From an uncultured bacterium (lineage in GTDB: Bacteria; Bacillota_I; Bacilli_A; RF39; UBA660), in assembly GCA_937863745.1 (NCBI GenBank), contig CALMHN010000068.1, forward strand, positions 1-49,493: DNA of 49,493 nucleotides, given 5' to 3'. Below the pieces are notes generated by a model. That model had not been told where the DNA came from and searched no databases. It saw nothing but the letters and a program-made list of their open reading frames with translations. Shown here piece by piece: positions 27,855 through 37,427 of the stretch. How positions within the stretch are numbered: position 1 is the first letter of the stretch; each line of letters opens with the position of its first letter. The position numbers and the translations under genes were made by a program.

Positions 27855-29210
27855 ATGAATGAAAATATATGTGCAATATCAACAGCTTTAGGAGTAGGGG
27901 CAATATCAATTGTTAGATGTTCTGGTCCGGATGTTATTTCGATAGTAAATAATATCTTTAAAGGAAAAGATTTAAATAAGGTTGATAGTCATACTATTAC
28001 ATATGGACATATTATTGATAATAATGAAGTTATTGATGAGGTTTTAGTTACAGTTATGCGTGCTCCTAAAACATTTACCAAAGAAGATGTTGTGGAAATT
28101 AATTCTCATGGTGGTATCTCAACTACTAATAAGGTACTTGAATTATTAATTGAACATGGTTGTAGACTTGCAGATCCTGGTGAATTTAGTAAGAAAGCAT
28201 TCTTAAATGGAAGAATAGATTTAGTTGAAGCTCAAGGTATAAATGATTTGATATTATCTGAAAGTGAAGAAGCTAGACGTTATGCGATGAATAGGGTAGA
28301 AGGTAATATGTCTAAACTTATAAATCGTGATCGTAAAGAATTAATTAAGTTACAGTCTGAATTAGAGGTTGAGTTTGATTATCCTGATGAAGTAGATTCT
28401 CCAGAAATGACAAATGATCGATTATTGGATTCATTAGATATGATTAAGGATCATTTAGAAGAATTACTTAAGAATTCAAAAGAAGGGTCTATTTTAAAAA
28501 GTGGAATAGATGTTGCCATTATAGGTAAACCTAATGTTGGTAAGAGTAGTATTTTAAATCATTTGTTAAATGAGAATAAAGCTATTGTTACTAATATTGC
28601 AGGTACAACTCGAGATATTGTTGAGGGAAGTATAACTCTTGGTGGTGTTAAGGTTAATTTAATTGATACGGCGGGTATTAGAAATACATCTGATGTTGTT
28701 GAAAAAATTGGTGTAGATAAGAGTAAAGAAGTACTTAATAAATGTAATTTAGCTATTTTTGTATTGGATAATTCAACTAATTTAACTGAGGAAGAAATAA
28801 ATATTATAAATTCGACTAATAATGTTGAAAAAATAGTATTTATCAACAAGATTGATTTAGATTCTAAATTAGATATCAGTAAATTGGATTGTAAGAATAT
28901 AATAAAGGGTACAACTTTAAAAGAAGATGGATTAAGTGATTTAAAGAATAAAATTATTGAATTATTTAATTTAAATAAAATTAATGGAAATAATTATAAC
29001 TTTTTATCTAGTGCTAATGATATAGCTTTAGTAAAGAAATCATTAGATTCGATTATAAGTGCTATAGATGATGTTAATAGTATGATTCCTTATGAAATGG
29101 TTGCTGTTGATATTAAGGATGCCTATGATTATTTAGGTGAAATAATTGGTAGTACATATAAAGAAGACGTAATTGATGAAATGTTTAAGAATTTTTGTGT
29201 AGGAAAGTAG
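27855..29210 (+). CDS. mnmE: tRNA modification GTPase MnmE
   Basis: ICAISTALGVGAISIVRCSG, G1 motif GKPNVGKSS, DTAGIR, C-terminal FCVGK. Confidence 0.95.
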   Translation: MNENICAISTALGVGAISIVRCSGPDVISIVNNIFKGKDLNKVDSHTITYGHIIDNNEVIDEVLVTVMRAPKTFTKEDVVEINSHGGISTTNKVLELLIEHGCRLADPGEFSKKAFLNGRIDLVEAQGINDLILSESEEARRYAMNRVEGNMSKLINRDRKELIKLQSELEVEFDYPDEVDSPEMTNDRLLDSLDMIKDHLEELLKNSKEGSILKSGIDVAIIGKPNVGKSSILNHLLNENKAIVTNIAGTTRDIVEGSITLGGVKVNLIDTAGIRNTSDVVEKIGVDKSKEVLNKCNLAIFVLDNSTNLTEEEINIINSTNNVEKIVFINKIDLDSKLDISKLDCKNIIKGTTLKEDGLSDLKNKIIELFNLNKINGNNYNFLSSANDIALVKKSLDSIISAIDDVNSMIPYEMVAVDIKDAYDYLGEIIGSTYKEDVIDEMFKNFCVGK

Positions 29211-29218
29211 GTGGAAGT

Positions 29219-31081
29219 ATGAAATATGATGTTATTGTTGTTGGTGGAGGACATGCTGGATGTGAAGCTGCAAATGCATCTGCTAAACAGGGTTTAAAGG
29301 TAATGCTTATTACTTCTGATTTGAATAATATAGCAGATATGCCATGTAATCCTTCTATTGGTGGAACAGCTAAGGGTATTGTTGTTCGTGAAATAGATGC
29401 TTTAGGTGGTTTGATGGGACGTGTTGCAGATGTTTCTCATCTTCAAATAAAGATGTTAAATTCTAGTAAGGGTCCTGCAGTTAAATCATTAAGAGCTCAA
29501 GGTGATAAGGTAACTTATCCTAAAAATATGAAGAAAGAATTAATGAGTATAAAGACCTTAGATATTGTTGAAGGTATGGTTGAGGATTTAATTGTTGAAG
29601 ATAAGACTATTAAGGGTATTGTTACTGGAGATGGTAAAACTTATTATTGTACATGTTTAGTACTTACAACTGGTACTTATTTAAAGAGTAAAATTCTTGT
29701 TGGATCTACACATAAGTTTGAAGGGCCTCATGGTCAAACATCATCAAAGTTTTTGTCTGATAAGTTAAGAGACTTAGGTTTTGATATTCTAAGACTTAAA
29801 ACTGGTACTCCTCAAAGAATAGATCCTGATTCAGTTGATTATTCTAAATTAAAACCTGAATATGGAGATAAGACTCCATGGACTTTTTCATTTGATTTAG
29901 AGCCTCAGTATGACGTTGATAAGCAAAGATGTTGTTATTTAGTTTATACTAATGAAACTACACATAAGATTATTAGAGATAATTTAAGTAAGAGTGCAAT
30001 GTATGGTGGATATGCTGAAGGTATAGGACCTAGATATTGTCCTTCTATAGAAGATAAAGTTGTTAGATTTGCTAGCAAAGATAGACATCAATTATTTCTA
30101 GAACCTGAAAGTGATTTTTATCCTGACTTGTATTTACAAGGATTTTCTACATCTATGCCTACCGATGTTCAGGAATTAATGGTTCATTCTTTAGTTGGAT
30201 TGGAACATGCTAAAATATTAAAATATGCTTATGCTATTGAATATGATGCTATAAATCCATTACAAATGATGCCATCTGAAGAGTCAAAGGTTATTCATAA
30301 TTTATTTACTGCTGGTCAAATAAATGGTACTTCTGGATATGAAGAAGCTGCTGGACAAGGTGTTATTGCGGGAATTAATGCCGGTTTAAAGTGTCGTGGC
30401 ATGGAACCATTAATATTAGGACGTAATGAGTCTTACATTGGCGTATTGCTTGATGATTTGGTAACTAAAGGTACTAAAGAACCATATAGATTATTAACTT
30501 CTCGTGCAGAATATAGACTTATATTACGTCATGATAATGCTGATTTAAGACTTAGAGAATATGGCTATAAAGTTGGCATTATCTCAGAAGAACAACATGA
30601 TAGATTACTTAAGAAGGAAGAAGATATTAAATCTTTAATTAATGATTTAAATAATATTAAATTACATCCAAGTGATATTTCTAATGCTATAAAAGATGTA
30701 GTAGGAGAAATAGATAAAGGATATACTTTATATGAATTATTAAAGAGACCTGAAATAACTATTGATATGTTAAAGGAATATATTACGAATTCTTATAGTG
30801 ATGAAGTATATAATGTTGTAGAGATTCAAGTTAAATATGAAGGATATATTGCTAAAACTAATAGAGAAGTAGAAAAAATGATGAAATTAGAAAGCAAGAA
30901 GATTCCATTAGATATTGATTATGATAAGGTTTTAAATATTGCTAGTGAAGCTCGTCAAAAGTTAAAATTAGTTAAACCTTTAACAATTGCTCAAGCAAGT
31001 CGTATATCTGGAGTTAATCCTGCTGATATTGCTGTTTTATCTGTATATTTAAAAAAGGAATATAGTAAGAATAATGAATAA
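29219..31081 (+). CDS. mnmG: tRNA uridine 5-carboxymethylaminomethyl modification enzyme MnmG
   Basis: FAD motif VIVVGGGHAGCEA, then GPRYCPSIEDK. Confidence 0.95.
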   Translation: MKYDVIVVGGGHAGCEAANASAKQGLKVMLITSDLNNIADMPCNPSIGGTAKGIVVREIDALGGLMGRVADVSHLQIKMLNSSKGPAVKSLRAQGDKVTYPKNMKKELMSIKTLDIVEGMVEDLIVEDKTIKGIVTGDGKTYYCTCLVLTTGTYLKSKILVGSTHKFEGPHGQTSSKFLSDKLRDLGFDILRLKTGTPQRIDPDSVDYSKLKPEYGDKTPWTFSFDLEPQYDVDKQRCCYLVYTNETTHKIIRDNLSKSAMYGGYAEGIGPRYCPSIEDKVVRFASKDRHQLFLEPESDFYPDLYLQGFSTSMPTDVQELMVHSLVGLEHAKILKYAYAIEYDAINPLQMMPSEESKVIHNLFTAGQINGTSGYEEAAGQGVIAGINAGLKCRGMEPLILGRNESYIGVLLDDLVTKGTKEPYRLLTSRAEYRLILRHDNADLRLREYGYKVGIISEEQHDRLLKKEEDIKSLINDLNNIKLHPSDISNAIKDVVGEIDKGYTLYELLKRPEITIDMLKEYITNSYSDEVYNVVEIQVKYEGYIAKTNREVEKMMKLESKKIPLDIDYDKVLNIASEARQKLKLVKPLTIAQASRISGVNPADIAVLSVYLKKEYSKNNE

Positions 31082-31796
31082 GGAAGATTTTATAAAAGAG
31101 TTAGCTAAATTAAATATTAAGTTAAGTGATGAGCAACTTAATAAATTAGAAAATTACGCTAATTTCTTAATTGAATATAATAAACATACTAATTTAACAA
31201 CAATTACGGATATTAATGATATATATTTAAAACATTTTTATGATTCTTTAACTATTGTAAAAGCTACTGATTTTACTAGGGTAAATACGTTAATTGATGT
31301 TGGTAGTGGTGCAGGCTTTCCGGGATTAGTTATTAAAATAGTATTTCCAAATATAAATGTAACTTTATTAGATTCTAATAATAAAAAGATTACATTCTTA
31401 AATGAGGTTATTAGTTTATTAAAGTTAGAAAATATTAAGACTGTTAATTCAAGAAGTGAAGATTATGCTTTAAAACACTTAGATGAATTTGATGTTGTTA
31501 CAGCTCGTGCTGTTACGGATTTACAAGGGTTAACTGAAATTTGTTTACCTATGGTTAAAGTTGGTGGTCTATTTATTCCTTTAAAGGGAAATGTTGATGA
31601 GGAATTAAAGTATTCTTATAATATAATTAATAAATTAAATGGTAGTTTGGTTAATAACATTGATTTAACATTACCTGATGATGTTTCTAAGCGTAGTATA
31701 TTGGTTATTAAAAAAAATAGTAAGACACCTAGTGGATATCCAAGATCTTATAGTAAAATCAAAAATGACATTGAAAAAAGGTCTAAAATAAAGTAA
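31074..31796 (+). CDS. rsmG: 16S rRNA (guanine527-N7)-methyltransferase
   Basis: HFYDSL and DVGSGAGFPGL motifs. Overlaps the mnmG stop by 8 nt. Confidence 0.9.
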   Translation: MNKEDFIKELAKLNIKLSDEQLNKLENYANFLIEYNKHTNLTTITDINDIYLKHFYDSLTIVKATDFTRVNTLIDVGSGAGFPGLVIKIVFPNINVTLLDSNNKKITFLNEVISLLKLENIKTVNSRSEDYALKHLDEFDVVTARAVTDLQGLTEICLPMVKVGGLFIPLKGNVDEELKYSYNIINKLNGSLVNNIDLTLPDDVSKRSILVIKKNSKTPSGYPRSYSKIKNDIEKRSKIK

Positions 31797-31829
31797 GATT
31801 AATATAGAATAAGAAGAGGGGATAAAACC

Positions 31830-32939
31830 ATGAAAATGGAAGCTCAAATTAGGTTAGTAAATGTTGAAGATATTATACCTAATAGGTTTCAACCACGTTT
31901 AGAGTTTGATCAAGATGCTTTAAAAGAATTGGCTGAGTCTATTAGAGTTCATGGTATTATTCAACCTTTAGTATTAAGACGTGTAAGTAATAAATTTGAA
32001 ATAATTGCAGGTGAAAGAAGATATAAGGCTTCACAAATGGTGGGACTTACTCAAGTTCCTGCTATTATATGTGCTTTAGATGATAATGAATCAGCTGAAG
32101 TTGCAATTATTGAAAATACTCATAGAAGAGATTTATCAGCTATTGAAGAAGCAACGTCATATAAGAAATTATTAGATAGACATTATTTAACTCAAGAACA
32201 GTTAGCTCAAAGGTTGGGTACATCTCAATCAACAATTGCTAATAAAATTCGTTTATTACAATTGGATGAAAGTGTTCAAGATGCTTTATTAAAAAATAAG
32301 ATAAGTGAAAGACATGCTAGGTCTTTACTTAGAGTTACGGATAAATTCAAACAAGTTGATTTGTTAAATAAAACTATTTCGGAAAAGTGGCCAGTTAAAA
32401 AACTAGATGAAGAAATAGATAAAGTAGTTGGAAGCTATAATAATAGTGCCTCAACTGGTGGTATAAATATTACTGATAATGGTGATATTCAAACAACTGG
32501 CGTTGATATAGGTGCAAATGAAAATACTGAATTATATCAGTATCATAGTAAGATTAATGATGACAATACTAAAAAATCATTATTCTTTAATAACCTTGAA
32601 GATGCTCCAGTTACGATGGATCCTACTTTAAACTTTGGTTTTAATCCATTTCAAACATCAAAACTTAATGAGGAATCAACAGGGATTTTAGATCTTGAAG
32701 ATGAAGAAGAAAGTATTGATGAAATAGATAAGACTGATAATAAAGACGATAAGGATAAAGTTAAAGAAGTCATTAAGGAAAAAGAATATAAAACTACTGA
32801 AGATTTAATTAATGGTATTAAAGATATGATAAATAATGCTCAATTAAATAATGTAGATTTTAAAAGTGAAGAATTTGATTTTGATAAAGTATATCAGTTT
32901 GTTATTAAAGTTAGTAAAGAAGATAAGAAAGAGGAATAG
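31830..32939 (+). CDS. noc: ParB-family protein, Noc-like (nucleoid-occlusion type), with a long low-complexity acidic insertion
   Basis: ParB N-domain IIPNRFQPR...GIIQPLV...IAGERRYKAS. The HTH LTQEQLAQRLGTSQSTIANKIRLLQL...KISERHARSL is nearly identical to B. subtilis Noc ([26 protein letters not shown]...KITERHARAL). The C-terminal EEFDFDKVYQFVIKV resembles the Noc tail EEFEEYIQLTIRI. Confidence 0.8.
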   Translation: MKMEAQIRLVNVEDIIPNRFQPRLEFDQDALKELAESIRVHGIIQPLVLRRVSNKFEIIAGERRYKASQMVGLTQVPAIICALDDNESAEVAIIENTHRRDLSAIEEATSYKKLLDRHYLTQEQLAQRLGTSQSTIANKIRLLQLDESVQDALLKNKISERHARSLLRVTDKFKQVDLLNKTISEKWPVKKLDEEIDKVVGSYNNSASTGGINITDNGDIQTTGVDIGANENTELYQYHSKINDDNTKKSLFFNNLEDAPVTMDPTLNFGFNPFQTSKLNEESTGILDLEDEEESIDEIDKTDNKDDKDKVKEVIKEKEYKTTEDLINGIKDMINNAQLNNVDFKSEEFDFDKVYQFVIKVSKEDKKEE

Positions 32940-32982
32940 TAATTCTCTTTTTTTGTGGTATACTAGCGCAGAAAGAGGTTAT

Positions 32983-33324
32983 ATGGAAAAATTAATGTTT
33001 CAATTATATAGTAATAATAATAAAACAATTGATTTAGAATGTAATTATGTTATTAAGGATAATATATATAAATTTAAGATTGATGAAAATATATATCTAT
33101 TTGATAATAACAAACATATTCTAACTAAGAAAATGGTTGATGGATTGCTTAGAATAAATATGCATGATTCTAATATGATATATACTTTAGGTACTAATGG
33201 AAAAGATTATATATTGTCATTAAACGATTCTAAATTATTATTAAATGATAAAAGTTTAGAATATTATTATTCAATACCTGATAATGGAATTAATAATAAA
33301 ATTATAATAAAATGGGATTATTAA
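32983..33324 (+). CDS. hypothetical small protein (113 aa)
   Basis: Start moved to the ATG at 32983 behind AGAGG; the track's 32866 start overlaps the noc-like gene. No motif I can name with confidence. Confidence 0.4.
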   Translation: MEKLMFQLYSNNNKTIDLECNYVIKDNIYKFKIDENIYLFDNNKHILTKKMVDGLLRINMHDSNMIYTLGTNGKDYILSLNDSKLLLNDKSLEYYYSIPDNGINNKIIIKWDY

Positions 33325-33415
33325 TTTTTTTGTATTGACTTATCAATTTGTTATGCTAAAATTATTGTTGTTTTAAATATATGAAGTACTAATCGTACTT
33401 GGGAGGATAATTTAA

Positions 33416-33862
33416 ATGGCTAAAGAAAAGTTTACTATTAAAGAATTAGAGAGCATGTCCTATACAGATATTGCTAATTATGTTCTTGAACAAGCTGGTA
33501 AAAAAATGACAACTAAGGATTTGTTCTTGAAAGTTATTGAATTACGTGGGGATGATCCTGCTAAAATATTTGAAAGTAGAATCGGAGATTTCTTCGGTTT
33601 AATATCTGCTGATAAAAGATTTATCATGTTAGATAAGGGATTTTGGGATTTAAGAGTTAATCATAAACATCAAGTTGTTAAAATTGAAGAAGACGATGAT
33701 GATGATGAAATAGTTATTGATGAAGAAGAATTAGAAGATAAAGATGATGAATCTAATTTTGATGATGTAGATGAAGTTGATGATGCTGATGACGAAGATG
33801 ATGATCTTAAGGATTTAGTTATTATTGATGATTCAGAGGATGAAGCTAATCAAGATTTATAG
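33416..33862 (+). CDS. rpoE: RNA polymerase delta subunit
   Basis: N-terminal HARE-HTH-like region (SYTDIANYVLE...FFGLISADKRFIMLDKGFWDLR) followed by a poly-Asp/Glu tail. Confidence 0.85.
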   Translation: MAKEKFTIKELESMSYTDIANYVLEQAGKKMTTKDLFLKVIELRGDDPAKIFESRIGDFFGLISADKRFIMLDKGFWDLRVNHKHQVVKIEEDDDDDEIVIDEEELEDKDDESNFDDVDEVDDADDEDDDLKDLVIIDDSEDEANQDL

Positions 33863-33900
33863 CCCAATTTCTAGATAATAGAAAATAATGAGGTATAGAT

Positions 33901-34962
33901 ATGATAGAAAGATTAGATATAATAGAAAATAGATATAATGAATTAGTTAGTGAATTAAGTAAACCTGAAGTGTTGAATGATTACACTAATATGACTAAAT
34001 TAGCTAAAGAAAAAGCTGATTTGGAAAATGTTGTTAATAAATATAAAGAATATAAAAATGTTGAACAAGAAATTACGGATTTAAAGGAATTAGTTAATGA
34101 TCCAGAGATGCATGAATATGCGGAAGAAGAATTATCTAAGAATGAAGATTTATTAGATAAGATTAATAAAGAGCTAGAGATATTATTAATTCCTAAAGAT
34201 GAAAATGATAATAAGAATATTATTGTTGAAATTCGTGGAGCTGCTGGTGGAGATGAAGCTAATATCTTTGCAGGAGATTTATTTAGAATGTATAGTCATT
34301 ATGCTGATAAACAAGGATGGAAAATCGAAATTGATGAAGCTGATGAAGGTACATCTGGTGGATATTCTCAAATAGTTTTTGCAGTTAAAGGTGAGGGTGT
34401 TTATTCTAAGTTAAAATATGAATCTGGAGCTCATAGAGTTCAAAGAGTACCAGTTACAGAATCTAATGGTAGAATTCAAACATCTACTGCTACTGTGGCT
34501 GTTATGCCTGAAGCTGATGAATTGGATGCTAATATTAATATGGATGATGTAAGAATTGATATTACTCGTGCATCAGGTAATGGTGGACAAGGTGTTAATA
34601 CAACGGATTCAGCTGTAAGACTTACACATATACCAACTGGTATTGTTGTTTATGCTCAAACAGAGAGATCTCAAATAAAGAATAAAGAAATAGCATTTAA
34701 GATATTAGCTACAAGACTTTATGATTTGAGATTAAGAGAAAAAGAAGAAAAAGAGGGAGCATTAAGACGTTCTAAGATTGGTACTGGTGATAGAGCTGAA
34801 AAGATTAGAACTTATAATTATCCTCAAAATAGAGTAACAGACCATCGTATTGGTTTTTCGGTAATGAATCTTGATAAAGTTATGAATGGTGATTTAGATC
34901 CAATTATTGATGCATTAATTACTGAGGATACTAAGAGAAAATTAGCTGATGAACAAAATTAA
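33901..34962 (+). CDS. prfA: peptide chain release factor 1
   Basis: GGQ motif SGNGGQGVNTTDSAVR. The codon-recognition tripeptide in the region RVPVTES is PVT rather than the classic PAT. Confidence 0.95.
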   Translation: MIERLDIIENRYNELVSELSKPEVLNDYTNMTKLAKEKADLENVVNKYKEYKNVEQEITDLKELVNDPEMHEYAEEELSKNEDLLDKINKELEILLIPKDENDNKNIIVEIRGAAGGDEANIFAGDLFRMYSHYADKQGWKIEIDEADEGTSGGYSQIVFAVKGEGVYSKLKYESGAHRVQRVPVTESNGRIQTSTATVAVMPEADELDANINMDDVRIDITRASGNGGQGVNTTDSAVRLTHIPTGIVVYAQTERSQIKNKEIAFKILATRLYDLRLREKEEKEGALRRSKIGTGDRAEKIRTYNYPQNRVTDHRIGFSVMNLDKVMNGDLDPIIDALITEDTKRKLADEQN

Positions 34963-35683
34963 TATTAATAATAATGATTTAAAGTTATTAAATGATATGT
35001 ATGGAAATTCTTTAGATGAAGAATTAGCTAAATATGATGATAATTATCCCGTTCAATATATTATTGGATATGTTGATTTTTATGGATATAAAATAAATGT
35101 TAATAAAAATGTTTTAATTCCTAGATTTGAAACTGAAGGGTTAGTAGAGAAAACAGATAAATTGTTAAATAGATATAATTTAACTAATACTAATGCTTTA
35201 GATATTGGAACTGGTTCTGGGTGCATTTCGATTGTTTTAAAACATTTAAATCCTAATTTAGGTATAGATGCTTTAGATATATCAAATGATGCTTTAAAAG
35301 TGGCTAAAAACAATGCTATAGAGAATAATGTGGATATTAATTTCATTAATAAAGATATTAGAGAATTTACTAGTAATAAAAAATATGGATTAGTAATTAG
35401 TAATCCTCCATATGTAGATTATGATGAAGATGTTGATGTTAAAACTAAATATGAACCTCAGAATGCTATATTTGCTGACAATAATGGGTTATATTATTAC
35501 GATTATATTCTTAATAATATTAGTAAGATGTTAGATGATAAGTTCATTCTGGCTTTTGAAATTGGATATAATCAAGGGGATTATTTAAAAGAGTTGGCTA
35601 GTAAGATATTTATTGATTCTAATATAATAGTTGAACAAGATCTTTATGGTAGGCAACGTTATTTATTTATAATAAGAGCTTAG
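34949..35683 (+). CDS. prmC: release factor glutamine N5-methyltransferase
   Basis: SAM motif ALDIGTGSGCI and NPPY motif ISNPPYV. Overlaps the prfA stop. Confidence 0.85.
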   Translation: MNKININNNDLKLLNDMYGNSLDEELAKYDDNYPVQYIIGYVDFYGYKINVNKNVLIPRFETEGLVEKTDKLLNRYNLTNTNALDIGTGSGCISIVLKHLNPNLGIDALDISNDALKVAKNNAIENNVDINFINKDIREFTSNKKYGLVISNPPYVDYDEDVDVKTKYEPQNAIFADNNGLYYYDYILNNISKMLDDKFILAFEIGYNQGDYLKELASKIFIDSNIIVEQDLYGRQRYLFIIRA

Positions 35684-35694
35684 GCTCTTTTTTT
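35674..35694 (+). terminator. prmC terminator
   Basis: AAGAGC-TTAG-GCTCTT followed by TTTTT. Confidence 0.6.
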
Positions 35695-35777
35695 AGTAAA
35701 ATGAAAGTATAGACTAAATTAATTTTGTTGAAACTTCTTGTTGATGTTATATACTTAAGTTACTAGGAGGATGATTT

Positions 35778-37034
35778 ATGAAAAAATTAATCATTCATGG
35801 TGGTCATGAAATATCTGGTCACTTACATATTTCAGGTGCAAAGAATAGTGTAGTATCATTAATTCCAGCTACAATGTTAAATAATGATGTAAATGTTATT
35901 ACTAATGTTCCTGATATTTCAGATGTTAGAATTTTAATTGAAATTATGGAAGCTTTAGGTTCTAAGGTGGAATTTAAGAATGAGGTATTAACTATTGATA
36001 ATACTAATGTAAGACAAGGAGCTATTTCAGATGATTACTCTTCTAAGTTAAGAGCATCCTATTATTTTATGGGTTCTATGTTAGCAAAATATAATAATAT
36101 AGAAATATCTAATCCAGGTGGTTGTATTATTGGTAGTAGACCAATTGATATACATTTGCATGCATTCAAAAGAATGGGAGTAAATATTAATGAGCATGAT
36201 GGTCATTTTAAGATGACTACTAAGGGGCTTAAAGGTATAAGATTATTCTTTGACTTTCCTTCTGTTGGAGCAACAGCCAATATTATGATTGCTTCAACTT
36301 TAGCTGAAGGAACAACAACAATTTTAAATGCTGCCAAAGAACCTGAAATTGCTAATTTAGCAGATTTCTTAATTTCAATGGGTGCAAATATTACGGGTGC
36401 TGGAAGTGATACCATTATTATTAAAGGTGTAAAATCACTTCATGGTGGATCAGTTAAGATTATTCCTGATAGAATTGAAGCTGGTACATATGCTATTATT
36501 GGTGCTTTATTAGGTAAGAACTTTACGATTGATGGTATTGTTGAAAAGCATATTGAGAGTTTACTTTGTAAACTTGAAGAAGCTGGAGTTGAATATAAAA
36601 TCGAAGGTGATTCTTTGCATATAAATAAATGTAAAAAGTTACATCATGTAAATGTAAAAACATGTGTTTATCCTGGATTCCCTACGGATTTGGGACAACC
36701 AATGTCAGCTTTATTAACTCAATGTGAAGGTGAATCAATTTTTGAAGAAACAATATATGAAAATAGACTTAGACATGTTCCTCATTTAAATGCTATGGGT
36801 GCCAATATCACGGCTTTTGAGAAGAAGGCTATAATATTAGGACCAACTCCATTAACTGGCAAAAGTGTTAGAGCTACTGATTTAAGAGCTGGAGCATCAA
36901 TGCTAGTTGCCGGAATGATTGCTTCTGGTGAAACGAATGTGTCAAATGTTGAACATTTATTAAGAGGATATGAGAAAATTGTAGAAAAACTTAATAAAGT
37001 TGGTGCCGATATCGAATTAGTCGATGTTGATTAA
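35778..37034 (+). CDS. murA: UDP-N-acetylglucosamine 1-carboxyvinyltransferase
   Basis: 418 aa. ISGAKNS, the active-site loop GGCIIGSRPID, and LRGYE. Confidence 0.95.
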   Translation: MKKLIIHGGHEISGHLHISGAKNSVVSLIPATMLNNDVNVITNVPDISDVRILIEIMEALGSKVEFKNEVLTIDNTNVRQGAISDDYSSKLRASYYFMGSMLAKYNNIEISNPGGCIIGSRPIDIHLHAFKRMGVNINEHDGHFKMTTKGLKGIRLFFDFPSVGATANIMIASTLAEGTTTILNAAKEPEIANLADFLISMGANITGAGSDTIIIKGVKSLHGGSVKIIPDRIEAGTYAIIGALLGKNFTIDGIVEKHIESLLCKLEEAGVEYKIEGDSLHINKCKKLHHVNVKTCVYPGFPTDLGQPMSALLTQCEGESIFEETIYENRLRHVPHLNAMGANITAFEKKAIILGPTPLTGKSVRATDLRAGASMLVAGMIASGETNVSNVEHLLRGYEKIVEKLNKVGADIELVDVD

Positions 37035-37128
37035 GAAATTACTTGCTTTTTAATGTAAGTTTGTTATATACTAATCAAGTAATTAATTTCTATGACATGA
37101 ATTTGTCATGGCGGAAGGAGAATTTTGA

Positions 37129-37335
37129 ATGAAAAAGAATTTACATCCAGAAACAGTCTTATGTACATTTAAATGTGCATGCGGCGCTACTTTCCAAGCA
37201 TATAGTAATAAGGAGGAACAAGACATTGAAGTTTGTTCTGAATGTCATCCTTTCTATACTGGTGCTCAAGGTAAGAAGAAGAAAACAGGAAGTATTGAAA
37301 AGTTTAATAAAAAATATAATCTTGAAGATAAGTAA
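37129..37335 (+). CDS. rpmE: 50S ribosomal protein L31 (Zn-binding type A)
   Basis: MKKNLHPE...CACG...[10 protein letters not shown]. Confidence 0.9.
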   Translation: MKKNLHPETVLCTFKCACGATFQAYSNKEEQDIEVCSECHPFYTGAQGKKKKTGSIEKFNKKYNLEDK

Positions 37336-37355
37336 CATTAGTTACTTATTTTTTT
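37330..37355 (+). terminator. rpmE terminator
   Basis: AAGTAAC-ATTA-GTTACTT followed by ATTTTTTT. Confidence 0.6.
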
Positions 37356-37427
37356 GTAAACAACTAATTATAAAAAATAGTTAGTATTGTTCATTATGTT
37401 ATAATATCAGTATAAGAGGTAGTATAT

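Noticed and set aside
37095-37120. Hairpin ATGACA-TGAATT-TGTCAT in the rpmE leader as a regulatory element
   Set aside because: It is a short 6-bp stem with no U-tract and no known L31 autoregulatory motif I can cite. Insufficient evidence.
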